DNA of 64,000 bases from the human T2T-CHM13v2.0 reference genome, Homo sapiens: the NCBI RefSeq assembly GCF_009914755.1, contig NC_060926.1. One strand, 5' to 3'. Positions 1 through 12,224 of the stretch are shown one piece after another (the first letter of the stretch is position 1; every line of letters starts with the position of its first letter). The notes under the pieces are model-generated. The model saw only the letters and a program-made list of their open reading frames with translations, had not been told where the DNA came from and searched no databases. The position numbers were made by a program, and so were the translations under genes.

Positions 1-2482
1 TGGTAGGTATTGGGGGGGAGACATGGGCATGCAAAATCTTCAATTTAGCCATGCTTTATTCAACAAATAATTATTTTTGTGAAGAGACAAATTGAAATTT
101 AAGATTAACCTTCATTTGCCTTATTTCCACAGTTTGATTACAGGCAAAAGTGGGAAAAAATAAAATTAGCATGTGCACTGCATTGTCCAGATGATCTGGC
201 AGGAGGAGAGCCTTGGCAGAGATATACTATGACTTTTTACAAATGCAGATGGCAGTGTTGCAGCCTTTATTCCTCTTATCTTTCATTTTCAAAGGGAACA
301 CTCGAAGCTTTTTGCCACCACCCTCCTCTACTCCTATCCTCACATGTAAAAACACTGTATCCCCAAATCAAAGCTCTTTCCTAAAACAGGCAAGCCCCAG
401 GATGCATCAGGGAAGGGACAGACTGTGACACCATGCTCCTGGTCATCTGTGAGAGAAGTGCACTGTGCTATGTGGGCCAGGGCCTGGTGAACTTGCCCAG
501 AGTGACTCCCTTGGGGAATCCAGCCCTTTCACCAGCAAAGAAAATGGGCACCACCTAGTGCTTTTTCAACGCAAAGGCTGTTTGTGCTCATGTGGACAAG
601 AGTGGGCATGCGTTGGCTGACCTTTACAAAGGAAAAAAAAAAAAGGAGTCAGGTGGCTTTAACCCCTATGCCAACTGAAAGAAGAAGCAAGTGACAATCT
701 TAAGACAAAGGAATTCAGTGCTTCCAAATTATAGATTTCTTTGGTTTTTTTTTTTTTATAATTATTGGTCTGTTCATGAGAAATAACATCTTTACTTACC
801 AAGACACTAATTTCCTCTGTATCACCTTTTTGCCTCCTCATGTCCTCTGAGGTTAATTTGTAAGAATTTCTAAGAATTTTCATTTGGTCCAAAGTGACAA
901 AGCAGAACCAGCGCTGGCCCACCCCCACCCCCAAAATCTATTCTAACAAGCAGTCTCTCTGGAGTTCTCCTAACACAACAAATAGCTTTTATGAAAAATG
1001 ATGTGTAGCACAAAATCTTTTGCAGTGCAATAAGATCAAGTTAACCACTCATGCCTCTAGGAAAAAGCCTAGGAAGTTTTATCTGATTGGCAAAATGGAC
1101 CCAGATATGAGTTCAAGGATTGAGTACAGTTTGATGAAATTTCATAGCAATGAAGTCTGATTATCTGAATGATTGCTTAAGCCTTTTAAAACATAACTCG
1201 AGGAAGCACTAGATTTTTCATTGGGAAAACAGATGGTCTTGTAGGGAATCGTAGAACCACCATCTCATGCTGTTTACTTTTTCTGTAATACTTTGCCTAG
1301 AATTACTCTCACCACTATTGCTTTTTAAAAATAATAATGATTTCTTCATTGCTAAAAGGTAGATCTTTCTGCAATAAAATTAGAAATCTTAGTGGAGGGC
1401 AAGGTGAAGGGCAGAAATGGGAAAAATGAGTAACCTGCTATACCTAACTGGATTAACAAGGACCTGTAACATATCCAGGAACTAACTGGCTGGCTCTGAA
1501 CTCATTAGGGATCTGCTTATCTGTTATGCTGTACAACAGAATCCAGACAAAAAACAGACTGTGAAGAAACGGATTAAAAATGATTGTAACTTCTCTAAGA
1601 GTTCAGTATCTGTGCTAAGCAACTTTGTAGAAGGACTGAAGAAAACAAAGCCCAAGATTCTGAACTTCACTCCACTGCCTATCCCCAAGTTCTGCCGTTA
1701 TAAGATCGCAATAACGCTACTTAGATATAGAACTTTGCAACTGTTTTATGAACTAACCTAAAAAGTCAAACGCACTCTCATCTCTTGGTCATTTTATTGC
1801 TGTAATTTATGATATTAAATAAGTGATTTGTTTAAAATAAATTTTAAAATTTATACCAAGGAGGAAAAATAATCTTAAAATGGGTTTGTTCTATGAGGAG
1901 CAAGAAAAAAAAAATGTGTAGTGAACTGATCTCTTTGAGATTTCACTGGCACAAAATATATCCCTTTAAGCTTAACACTAAATAGGTGATCTTGTCTTGA
2001 CAGATTTAAGATGAACATGAATTGATTAGCTGAAGCCATCAGGTGTGGCTGAGCCTGTCTTTTTCCAAATATGTACCTACAGGATAATGGAAGGAGGTAG
2101 CTGTTGTCATCACCTTTTTAAGTGAAAGCAGTGTTATGTTTTGTATTCAAGTCGAATTCCCCAACTCTTCATATCACCACCATTCTGGTCAGCCTGTTAA
2201 GGGAAGAAAAACAACAACAACATTTTCTTTTTTTCTTCCCTGCCCACCCAGCCCCCCTTTTCCACTGCCTGCCTTGCCCTGAATGCTATAGTTCACAGCG
2301 AAACCCTCTGGTAATGACAGCCCTGAAGTGATAATGTACTTTCCTGCCTTCCTGTTAACGGTAGCATAATCCCGCCATGTGTGCCAGCCCCGTGGCAGAA
2401 GGATGCGTTCATATTTTCTGGAGGTAAAAGGGACCGGTTCAATTTACAGGCTTGACTACCTCAGCAGTTTCACTAAGTTCTG

Positions 2483-2684
2483 GTACATAAATGGATGTTT
2501 TATTAAAGAAGAAAAGGAAGGGGGAAGGGAAGGAGGAGGAAGACGAAGAAGAAGAAAAGAAGAGAAGGAAAGGAGGTGGGAAGGAGAATTCGTCTTTTTC
2601 TGCTCAATATTATGTCAGTGAAACCAAATAATGTGTCTCGGTTCCTCCCCCTGAGCATTCCACCCGGGTAAAAAAGGAACTAAG
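2483..2684 (+). promoter_or_regulatory. Candidate promoter/first exon of a non-coding or 5'UTR transcript
   Basis: Non-repetitive DNA with a TATA-like TACATAAA (2483-2490), an ~85-nt purine tract (2505-2588) and a perfect splice donor AAG|GTAAGT at 2684/2685. Confidence 0.35.
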
Positions 2685-3087
2685 GTAAGTCATATCAAGT
2701 AAATGCACTGGACTTGGAGATGTGGGCTCCCTGTGTGATAAGCAATGGGCAGCATGTGATAACACATTTATCCTCTCCCTCCTCTTAGCTCACCTCTGCT
2801 GAGAGAAGCTGTGCATGGCGAGTGGCCCCCACACACCTGGCTGGATGACATCTGAGGGCTCGGAGGTCCCTGCTGCTCAGTGTGCCAGGATGGTCCCACC
2901 GTCCTCACATTCACATTTTTTATGGATGATGCGTCATTCTGCTAAGGCAACAAAAGTGAAAACAATCAATAGTTCTACCCAAATACCTGTTATTTTAAGA
3001 ATGGGGCCAGAGTGATTTCTTGGCTATGAGCAACTCAGGAGACACTATTTTTCGTTGTTTAAATACAATTGATTTTCCTTGCTTCAG

Positions 3088-3239
3088 AACCCAGATCACT
3101 CACGGAGCTCCTGGTGTGTCGAGCTTGGATGAATTTGTAATATGACACAGTGATACCTGTTTGTTTAAGGACACCTTGTGTGTAATGTCAGTGTTGCATT
3201 ACTCTGTGGTTCCAAAACTTCAAGTCCACACTGGAGAAG
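3088..3239 (+). other. Candidate non-coding internal exon (152 nt)
   Basis: Acceptor ttttccttgcttcag| at 3087 and donor AAG|GTGAGG at 3239/3240; no convincing protein. Confidence 0.3.
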
Positions 3240-3499
3240 GTGAGGGCAGCCTGTGGACAGAGGCAGGAAAGAAGGGACATTGTTTTGAGTGCCTGTTAGC
3301 TTGTAGGCACAGTTCCATGCTCTTTTCTGTAAAACAGGCCAATGATATTGGAAGCCAAGTTTGTCTGGCTATGGAGCCCCTGTTTCTCCACTCTACCAAT
3401 AATCAAAACTCACAGTGAGAGGTTAAACCAATACATGCACACATTACCAAAACAAGGTTTCACAAACAATATTTACCTTTACACAGGCAATTTACTCTT

Positions 3500-3613
3500 A
3501 TTTTACCAGTCCTACTCCATAATAATTCAATTCTTTAAAATTATGGTTGCAACCCCACTAAATTGGCCTCATAATCTACCATTGTAACATGGCCCACTGT
3601 TTGATACACACTG
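3500..3613. mobile_element. Ancient hAT-Charlie/MER-type MITE fragment
   Basis: ggttgcaaccccactaaattg...ccactgtttgatacacactg resembles the terminal region of Charlie-derived MITEs. Confidence 0.35.
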
Positions 3614-3899
3614 GAGTACACCTTGGTACCCTTCACATTTTTAAATGATGCTATATTGGACTTGGTATCCATGTGATGATCAAGATTGTATTTGAAGATG
3701 TTGCATAGAAAGTCCCATCCTATGATTCAGTTTTTTCATCTAAGAATTAGAAATTATAACATTTATTCCCCAAAATTCTCCAGTTGAATTCACTGGAGGT
3801 ATTCATTGCCTCTCAGAGAGTCTGTTACTTAAAATAAAGACAATTAAAATTAAGATAGCAAGTATTTTAGCAACAAAAGCCACAAAAAAGAATAATAAT

Positions 3900-4032
3900 T
3901 ATAATTGCTATTGTTAGTAATAATTGTTGAACTCACAACCTGCCGGCCACTGCTCTATGAGCTTTCAATATAACTCATTCAGTTCTCACTATCACTTTAT
4001 GAAGTAGGTAAATATTACTTTCACTTTACAGC
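3900..4032 (-). mobile_element. MIR fragment
   Basis: MIR core-like: taactcattcagttctcac...gaagtaggt...tattactttcactttacag. Confidence 0.55.
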
Positions 4033-4269
4033 CAGAATTCCTTTATCTTCTTTCTCATAAATTTCTCATTCTAAACTGTTAATATACATCTCAGAAAATG
4101 AATGAGATTGTGACTATGACTCAAGAAATACGTATTTCTATGCTTGGTTTAAATAAAATACAAAAGCCTGTATCATCTAATTGGCTTGATAAATCTCACT
4201 AGCTTTTTAATAATCACGAAATTTAAATTTTTTTGTAGAAAACTTTCAGAATACTTAATGAAAAATCAG

Positions 4270-4740
4270 TATGTATTCACCTTCAAAAAACACAAATTTC
4301 CAGGCATAATAATAATATCTGCAAGTCCAAATGTAATCACGGTGCCAGGGCTGGTTGATTCAGCAGCTTATCACTGTCACTGGGGACTCAGATTCTCTCC
4401 ACCTTTCCACTCTCCCATCCCTCATCAGCTTTGTCCTATGAGGGCTGCACAGATCCAGGTGTCGCATCCAGCATCATAGTGACAAGAACAAAGGTCTCTT
4501 TCTCAGGAGTCTACTAAGTGTCCCTTAAATCCTGATTAGCAAATTTCCTTTGCTAAAAATGAGTTATATGCCAATTCCTAAACTAGTCACTGTTAGGGTG
4601 TAGAATCACTGTGATTGGATTAGAAAAGCTCTGCCTCCTGGAACTAGGAATGACGTTGTTTGCCCTGAAGCACATGGATCTGTGGTCAGGAAGAGGGGTC
4701 TTGCGGGAAATATATATACTGAGTAAGCAGTGTCTGATAC
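4270..4740 (-). mobile_element. Old MaLR LTR (MLT1J/K-like)
   Basis: Motifs gggctggttgattcagcagct, ggggactcagattctctcc and gccaattcctaaactagtcactg. Confidence 0.45.
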
Positions 4741-5369
4741 AAAGACGAAAAATATTTCTTTTGACAGGAAGATTTGGTAAAATATAAAGTAGTAGAATTA
4801 TTTCCCATTATTTAATCTGTTTAATGTTTCATAAAAATTAGCAAACGTAATGAGGAAACATATCTGTAAGAATCCACTATGCATTTGCTGTTTGCTCTGA
4901 AATCAACAGGACCCAGTGCTTTCATTACTAGAAAGAAGAAAATTAGGTAGGTTAATAAAACAAACATCTGGAAAGTATCAACACTCATAAAAATAAATGG
5001 AATCATCCTGTGTATACACTAAAGTCAGGTTGGCATTTGTCAACAACTACAGAGAAAACACTACAGAATTTACTACTTCCAACTTCCTGGGTGGGTTTGT
5101 TCTCATTCATTTAACATATTTTCCTAAGTGAAAATTTAGTTTTAGGTTTTGAAATACAATCATATAAGAATATGTAGACTAATAGTGTTTATTAATTTTT
5201 AATAATGCCTACAGTTTCCCATATTTGGTTGCATTTTTCCTGCTATCCTATTGCTTCTGAGCCACCTGTTCCCCTCTCAAAAACATGCAAGCTGGGATTT
5301 TTTTCTTTTAACTAGATATCTTGCCAAAATTTCAGACTCATAGTAAAGAGTTTTTATTTTTCACCAACC

Positions 5370-5860
5370 TAATTATTAAAAAAGGAGTATTTAGAATAGC
5401 TCTAAGAATTCTAATACAGCCTTCATCCTCATTCCCCAAATGTTAACATTTTACTACATTTGCTGTATCTATCTCTTTGTGTGTATATGCACAGACATAC
5501 ACAGAATGTCTATGCCTTATATACACATGTATATCTCTGTGTATATATGTATGTATATATGCACATATTTTTAATAGATTCTGAGTTTTCTAATCCTTTG
5601 AGAATAAGTTACAGTCATGAAACCCCTTTATTTTTAAATACTTGTGTATCTTTCTAATAAAGAAGAAATTCCCCAATGAAACAACAAAAGATTACCAAAA
5701 TCAGAAAACTAGCATTGCTATAATACTCTTATCTAATTTATAGACTTTATTCAGATTTCAATACTATTTTTATGGTCAAAAAAAATCAAATGTCATGGGT
5801 CATGCCCTGAATTCAGCTGTCATTTCTCTTTAGTCTTCTTTATTCTGACAGTCCTTTAGT
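5370..5860 (-). mobile_element. L1MC-type 3' end fragment with internal (TA/TG) low-complexity tract
   Basis: tccccaaatgttaacattttactacatttgc and agactttattcagatttc are L1MC4-like 3' motifs. Confidence 0.55.
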
Positions 5861-6513
5861 GTTTTCCTGGCAGAATGCTGTTAATATCAGTCTTCAGTAA
5901 AACATATTAAAAGAGGAAACATCATGCCAAAGCCAGTGGATTTGTATGGATGGTGGCTTGAGTGGGATTCGTCCTGCCTTTGCAGCCTTCCTCCTGCAGG
6001 GATAATAGGTGTGAGTATGTTTCACTATTCTCTTAGACATCCTGACCTGTACCACAAATGTGAAGGGCCAACTGGAGAACTAGGTGATCCAACAGTTTGT
6101 TATTAATCATCTCATCTGTTGCCAATGAATAGCAACAAGAACATCCCAAAACATCTGAAATATTTCTAAATATTCTAAACATTTGTAAAAATGTGGGACA
6201 TTATAGAAAAAAACTTACAAAAACATTTGTTTCAATCACTGCATGCTTAGATGCAATCTTTAAAAGTACTTCAAGTAAATAATTAGAATGGGGATGTTTA
6301 GAATTGGTTAAAGGTTCATTATTTCTGAACCAATGTGCAGAATTTGGCTTATGAGTACAAGAATAAAGACATTTGGATCAATTCTCTTATCTTTTTATTA
6401 ATATTTAAATTAGCCTACAAAAAATCCACATATATAAAAGTCCTCTAAAGCCTGAGAAGCTCATTTGCTTTTACGTAGGACATATTGATGGTTTTAATTT
6501 TTTAATCTCTCAG

Positions 6514-6571
6514 ACTGCATCTGTATAGCAACAAGCGGATACTTTAGCAAGGAATAAATTGTTCCAAAAAG
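6514..6571 (+). other. Candidate non-coding internal exon (58 nt)
   Basis: Acceptor ttttaattttttaatctctcag| at 6513 and donor AAG|GTATGG at 6571/6572. Confidence 0.3.
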
Positions 6572-7766
6572 GTATGGGCAAGTGTGTCTTACAACTTTTT
6601 TTTTTTTTCTGAAAGATCTCAGTAAAATATTTTCTGATATGTTTTCAAACCAATGTATTCTATCACATGAAAGAGAAGTTACCTGACAACGTGGTTATTT
6701 GCAGTTATGTTATAACCAAATTTGTAACTGACTCTCCCTCCTCCAGTCTTATGAAAAAGAAGGAAGAAATTATAGCCTGGAAGAGAATATTCCCAAATGG
6801 GGCGAGCTAGGGCATCTAAATCTATAGCTGGAGCTACAAAACACTTCGCTTCATTCAAGAAACGTTTTCTTGAGTTGATTTTTTATGTACCTATCTTAAA
6901 AATAAGGTAGTGCTCCTGGAGTAAGATTAATAGCAGCAGACCCTTACTTAACCTATTTTCAGTAGTGAAAACAGATTATAAACCCCTTTTTTTCCACTAC
7001 AGAGTTATAAATACAACAGCAGTGCAGAAATCATTTGTTCATTGAGTTCAACTCAAGATTATACTCAAGTCTGATTGCAAAAGCCCATTCATATGGAAGA
7101 AGAGACAAAAGGCTAACAACTCTCTGGGAAGAGCATCAAAGGCTCAATGTTTACAAGAAGAAATTGAGGGGAAGATTGGAGAATAATTTTCTCTGGGGGA
7201 ATGATGGCAGCTTAGGGGTCTTTTGTAGAGAAAGTTCTTTGCTAGGATTAAAGGCAGGATTATTGGTGGATAATTGAAAAATGAAATGGAGAACCTCTTA
7301 AAATGGCAATGTATTTGGAATATCCAGGGAGTTCTTGAAATGTGAATTCTAAGGAAATGGGTAGTACTTAAGAAGAAAAGATTAACTCAAACTCACTATT
7401 TCAAGTGATAAAACTGCAAGTGAATCACAAAGGGATGGAGCTGCCAATGCCTGCAGAGGAAAACCAAAAGACCAATAACACAGTGACTTGGGTCAACTTT
7501 TAAGTCAAGGCACCAATTCAAGAAAATCCTAATGAGGAAGAAATCAATCTGCTCTGCAGATCATGTTATGGCTATATAATGGCTAAAGAACAACAGCAAC
7601 TAGAACCTGAATTAGTGTTATATTACTCATTTTATCTAATTTCACAAAGTTATTGTTACCTTAAATCATACATTTATCAGAACTGTTTTATGTAAAATAA
7701 TATTTGAGGTTGACTCCTCATAGTAAAATTAAATGCTTCTAAATTTAATGTATGTGAAACAGGATG

Positions 7767-8139
7767 TGCTATGGGCTGAATGTTTGGGTCTCTCTCAAAT
7801 TCATATGTTAAAATCCTAACCTCCAAATCAATGCTAGTAAGAGGCAGGGCCCTAGGGAGGTAGTTAGGTCACAAGGTGCAGCCCTTATGAATGGGATTAA
7901 TGCCTCTATAAGAAGAGAAACAAGAGAGATTTTTTCTTTCTCTGCCATGTAAGGATACAATGAGAAGTCAGCCATCTGTAAACCAGGAAGGGGACCCTCA
8001 CCAAGAACATCACCATGCTGGCACCCTGAACTCAAACTTCCAGCCTCCAGAACTGTGAGAAATAAATGTAATAACTATTTGTTGTTTAATACATCCAATC
8101 TATAGTAGTCTGTTACAGTAGCCAAAACTGATTAAGACA
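7767..8139 (+). mobile_element. MaLR solo LTR (MLT1A0-like)
   Basis: Starts tgctatgggctgaatgt, contains cttccagcctccagaactgtgagaaataaa, ends attaagaca. Confidence 0.8.
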
Positions 8140-8249
8140 AAAAGTTTCATTTGAAAGCAATAACTAACGTATAATTCTGAACTTGACATTCACTATTGCT
8201 AAGGTTACATTGGTTTCCCGACTGCTAAAAAAAAATAAAAATCAGATAG

Positions 8250-9047
8250 CTCATCTGAGAAGACACACAGACGGAAATCAAGCACATGAAAAATATGCTT
8301 AGCATCACTGGTCATTAGAAAAATGTAAATTAAAACTACAATGAGTTGCCACTACACAAATATCAGAATGACCAAAATAAACACATTTTTTAAAATTTAA
8401 ATGACAATATTAAGTGTTGGAAAAGATACAGAGCAACTGCAACTCTCAGATATTGCTGATATGAATCGAAAATGGTACAGACACTTTGGAAATCAGTTTG
8501 ACAAGTTCTTATAAAATTAAATATATACTGGGCATGGTGGAGTGTGCCCGTAGTCCCAGATCTTGGGAGGCTAAGGCAGGAGGATAGCTGGATCCCAAGA
8601 GTTCAAGGCTGCAGTGAGCTATGATCATGCTACTACAGTCTAACCTAAGTGACAGAGTAAGATGCTGTCTCAAAAAAAAAAGAAAAAGAAAAAATTAAAC
8701 ATATACTTACCATGCAGCTCAGCAATTCCATTCCTAAGTATTTACCCAAGTGAAATTTAAAAACCACCCAAATATTCCTTAGCTGAGGAACAGATAAACT
8801 AGTACGTTCATAAAATGGAATACTGTTTAATATATTCATAAAATGGAATACTGTTCAGCAATATAAAAGAATGAACTATTGATACATGCAACCACATGGG
8901 ATGAATTTCAAATGCATTACATGGAATGAAAAAAGCTAGACTCAAACAGATGCATATGAAAATATTCTATTTAGATGACATTCTGGAAAATGCGAAACTA
9001 TAGTTTTGGAAAGATCTATGGTTGCCAGGGATTAAGAGTGTAGAAAG
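8250..9047 (+). mobile_element. Old L1M (L1MC/ME-like) 3' region, left part; resumes at about 15459-15660
   Basis: Degenerate L1 ORF2 end/3'UTR (aaatggtacagacactttgga, aatggaatactgttcagcaat); continues after the Alu/HERV-H block (gatggaactgttctatttcttgattgtgatgatgg). Confidence 0.75.
8530..8690 (+). mobile_element. Alu monomer (FAM/FRAM-like)
   Basis: Single Alu arm with A tail; TSD aaaattaaa(t/c)atatact at 8513-8529 and 8691-8707. Confidence 0.8.
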
Positions 9048-9220
9048 GGGCCAAGTTCAGTGGTTCACACCTCTAATCCCAGCACTTTGGGAAGCTGAGG
9101 CCAGAGGATCACTTGGGCCCAGGAGTTCAAGACCAGCTTGGGCAACATGGCAAGACGCCCCATCTCTACAAAAAATTAATTTAAAAAAATAGCATGGTGA
9201 CATGCACCTGTAGTCCCAGC

Positions 9221-9620
9221 TGTCAGGCCTCTGAGCCCAAGCTAAGCCATCATATCCCCTGTGACCTGCACGCACACATCCAGATGGCCGGTTCCTGCCT
9301 TAATTGATGACATTCCACCACAAAAGAAATGAAAATGGCCTGTTCCTGCCTTAACTGATGACATTGTCTTGTGACATTCCTTCTCCTGGCTCATCCTGGC
9401 TCAAAAGCTCCCCCACTGAGTACCTTGTGACCCCCACTCCTGCCTGCCAGAGAACAACCCCCCTTTTTCCTTTACCTACCCAAATCCTATAAAACGGCCC
9501 CACCCCTATCTCCCTTCACTGACTCTTTTTGGACTCAGCCCACCTGCACCCAGGTGATTAAAAGCTTTATTGCTCACACAAAGCCTGTTTGGTGGTCTCT
9601 TCGCACAGAAGTGCATGAAA
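9221..9620 (+). promoter_or_regulatory. 5' LTR, LTR7 family (LTR7Y-like)
   Basis: tgtcaggcctctgagcccaagc...catgaaa; TATAAAA 9488-9494; CCCCACCC box at about 9498; caggtgATTAAAagctttattgc 3' variant as in remembered LTR7Y consensus. Confidence 0.88.
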
Positions 9621-9622
9621 TT

Positions 9623-9640
9623 TGGTGCTGTGACTGGGAT
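9623..9640 (+). other. Primer binding site, tRNA-His
   Basis: tggtgctgtgactgggat versus canonical TGGTGCCGTGACTCGGAT (2 mismatches). Confidence 0.9.
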
Positions 9641-9763
9641 CGGGGGACCTCCCTTGGGAGATCAATCCTCTGTCCTCCTGCTCTTTGCTCCATGAGAAAG
9701 GTCCACCTACGACCTCAGGTCCTCAGACCGACCAGCCCAAGAAACATCTCATCAATTTCAAAT

Positions 9764-9772
9764 CCGGTAAGC
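9764..9772 (+). promoter_or_regulatory. HERV-H major splice donor
   Basis: aaatCCG|GTAAGC about 146 nt downstream of the 5' LTR. Confidence 0.8.
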
Positions 9773-10227
9773 AGCCTCTTTTTACTCTCTTCTCCAACCT
9801 CCCTCACTATCCCTCAACCTCTTTCTCCTTTCAATCTTGGTGCCACACTTCAATCTCCCCCTTCTCCTAACTTCAATTCCTTTCATTTTCTGGTAGAGAC
9901 AAAGGAGACACGTTTTATCTGTGGACCCAAAACTCCGGCGCCAGTCACGGACTAGGGAAGGCAGCCTTCCCTTTGTGTTTAATCATTTCAGGGACACCTC
10001 TCTGATTATTCACCCAGGTTTCACAGGTGTCAGACCACGCAGGGATGCCTGCCTTAGTCCTTCACCCTTAGTGGCAAGTGCCGCTTTTCTAGAGGAGGGG
10101 CAAATATCCCAATCCATTCTCTCCGTATCTCTACCCCTTCTCTGCTTTTCTGGAGGAGGGGCAAGAACCCCTCAACCCCTTCTCCTTCACCCTTAGTGGC
10201 AAGTCCAGCTTTTCTAGCGGGCAAGAA

Positions 10228-10462
10228 CCCCCAATCCCTTATTTCCGCACCCCGACCTCTTATCTCTGCACCCCAATCCCTTATTTCCATACCTGACCTC
10301 TTATCTCTGCACCCCAATCCCTTATTTCCATGCCCCAACCTCTTATCTCTGCACCCCAATCCCTTATTTCCACACCCCGACCTATCTCTGCACCCCAATC
10401 CCTTATTTCCACGCCCTGACCTCTTATCTCTGTGCTCCAACCCCTTATTTCCACACCCCGAC
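10228..10462 (+). repeat. ~41-42-bp tandem repeat (about 5.5 units) in the HERV-H leader
   Basis: Unit ccccaatcccttatttcc(a/g)caccc(c)gacctcttatctctgca. Confidence 0.9.
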
Positions 10463-10549
10463 CCCTTTCCCACTTTTCTGGAATTTAAGAACCCCCGAAC
10501 CCCTTCCTTCTATGTCTCTACTCTCTTTTCTCTAGGCTTGCTTCCTTCA

Positions 10550-11811
10550 CTATAGGCAACCTTCCACCCTCCATTCCTCCTCCTCCTCCCTTAGCCTGTG
10601 TTCTCAAGAACTTAAAACCTCTTCAACTCACACCTGACCTAAAACCTAAATGCCTTATTTTCTTCTACAATGCTGCTTGACCCTATACAAACTCGACAGG
10701 AGTTCCAAATAGCCAGAAAACAGCACTTCCATTTTTTCCATCCTACAAGATCTAAATAAATCTTGTCGTAAAATAGGCAAATGGTCTGAGGTGCCTGACG
10801 TCCAGGCACTCTTTTACACATCAGTCCCTCTGTAGTCTCTGTTCTCAATGCAACTCCTCCCAAATCTTCCTTCTTTCCCTCCTGCCTGTCCCCTCAGTCC
10901 CAACCCCAAGCATCGCTGAGTCTTTCTAATCTTCTTTTTCTACAGACCCATCTGACCTCTCCCCTCCTCGCCAGGCCAAGCTAGGTCCCAATTCTTCCTC
11001 AGCCTCTGCTCCTCCACCCTATAATCCTTTTATCACCTCCCCTCCTCACACCTGGTCCTGCTTACAGTTTCGTGCTGTGACTAGCCCTCCCCCACCTGCC
11101 CAGCAATTTACTCTTAAAAAGGTGGCTGGAGCCAAAGGCATAGTCAAGGTTAATACTCCTTTTTCTTTATCCCAAATCAGATAGCGTTTAGGCTTTTTCA
11201 TCAAATATAAAAATCCAGCCCAGTTCATGGCTCATTCGGCAGCAACCCTGAGATGCTTTACAGCCCTAGACCCTAAAAAGTCAAAAGGCCGTCTTATTCT
11301 CAATATACATTTTATTACCCAATATGCTCCTGACATTAAATAAAACTCCAAAAATTAAATTCTGGCCCTCAAACCCCACAACAGGACTTAATTAACCTCG
11401 CCTTCAAGGTGTACAATAATAGAGGCAGCCAAGTAGCAACATATTTCTGAGTTGCAATTCCTTGCCTCCACTGTGAGACAAACCCCAGCCACATCTCCAG
11501 CACACAAGAACTTCCAAACGCCTAAACCGCAGCGGCCAGGCGTTCCTCCAGAACCACCTTCCCCAGGAGCTTGCTACAAGTGCCAGAAATCTGGCCACCA
11601 GGCCAAGGAATGCCCACAGCCCAGGATTCCTCCTAAGCCGTGTCCCATCTGTGCAGGACCCCACTGGAAATCGGACTGTTCAACTCACCTGGCAGCCACT
11701 CCCAGAGCCCCTGGAACTCTGGCCCAAGGCTCTCTGACTGACTCCTTCCCAGATCTTCTCGGCTTAGCGGCTGAAGACCGACGCTGCCGGATCGCCTCGG
11801 AAGCCCCGTAG
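10550..11811 (+). pseudogene. gag: HERV-H gag remnant with two CCHC zinc knuckles
   Basis: ORF 11452-11811 contains CYKCQKSGHQAKEC and CPICAGPHWKSDC; the upstream part has stops. Confidence 0.85.
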
Positions 11812-11829
11812 ACCATCACGGACGCCGAG

Positions 11830-12170
11830 CTTTAAGTAACTCTCACAGTGGACGGTAAGTCCGTCCCCTTCTTAATCAATACGGAGGCTACTCACTCCAC
11901 ATTACCTTCTTTTCAAGGGGCTGTTTCCCTTGCCTCCATAACTGTTGTAGGTATTGACAGCCAGGCTTCTAAACCTCTTGAAACTCCCCAACTCTGGTGC
12001 CAACTTAGACAATACTCTTTTAAGCACTCCTTTTAGTTATCCCCACCTGCCCAGTTCCCTTATTAGGCCGAGACACTTTAACTAAATTATCTGCTTCCCT
12101 GACTATTCCTGGATTACAGCTACATCTCATTGCCTCCCTTCTTCCCAATCCAAAGCCTCCTTCATGTCCT
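11830..12170 (+). pseudogene. pro: HERV-H protease remnant
   Basis: FLINTEATHSTL, a degenerate DTGA active site; frame broken after 12036. Confidence 0.8.
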
Positions 12171-12224
12171 CCTCTTGTATTCCCCCACCTTAACCCACAA
12201 GTATAAGATACCTCTACTCCCTCC

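Noticed and set aside
10228-10462. CRISPR-like periodic repeat and the repetitive ORFs over it (10196-10555 +, 10054-10473 -)
   Set aside because: Head-to-tail tandem units with no unique spacers, inside a retroviral leader in primate DNA; the ORFs are translations of the repeat
11452-11811. Zinc-knuckle ORF as a domesticated gag gene
   Set aside because: Ordinary HERV-H nucleocapsid remnant, starts at a non-ATG codon, upstream gag interrupted
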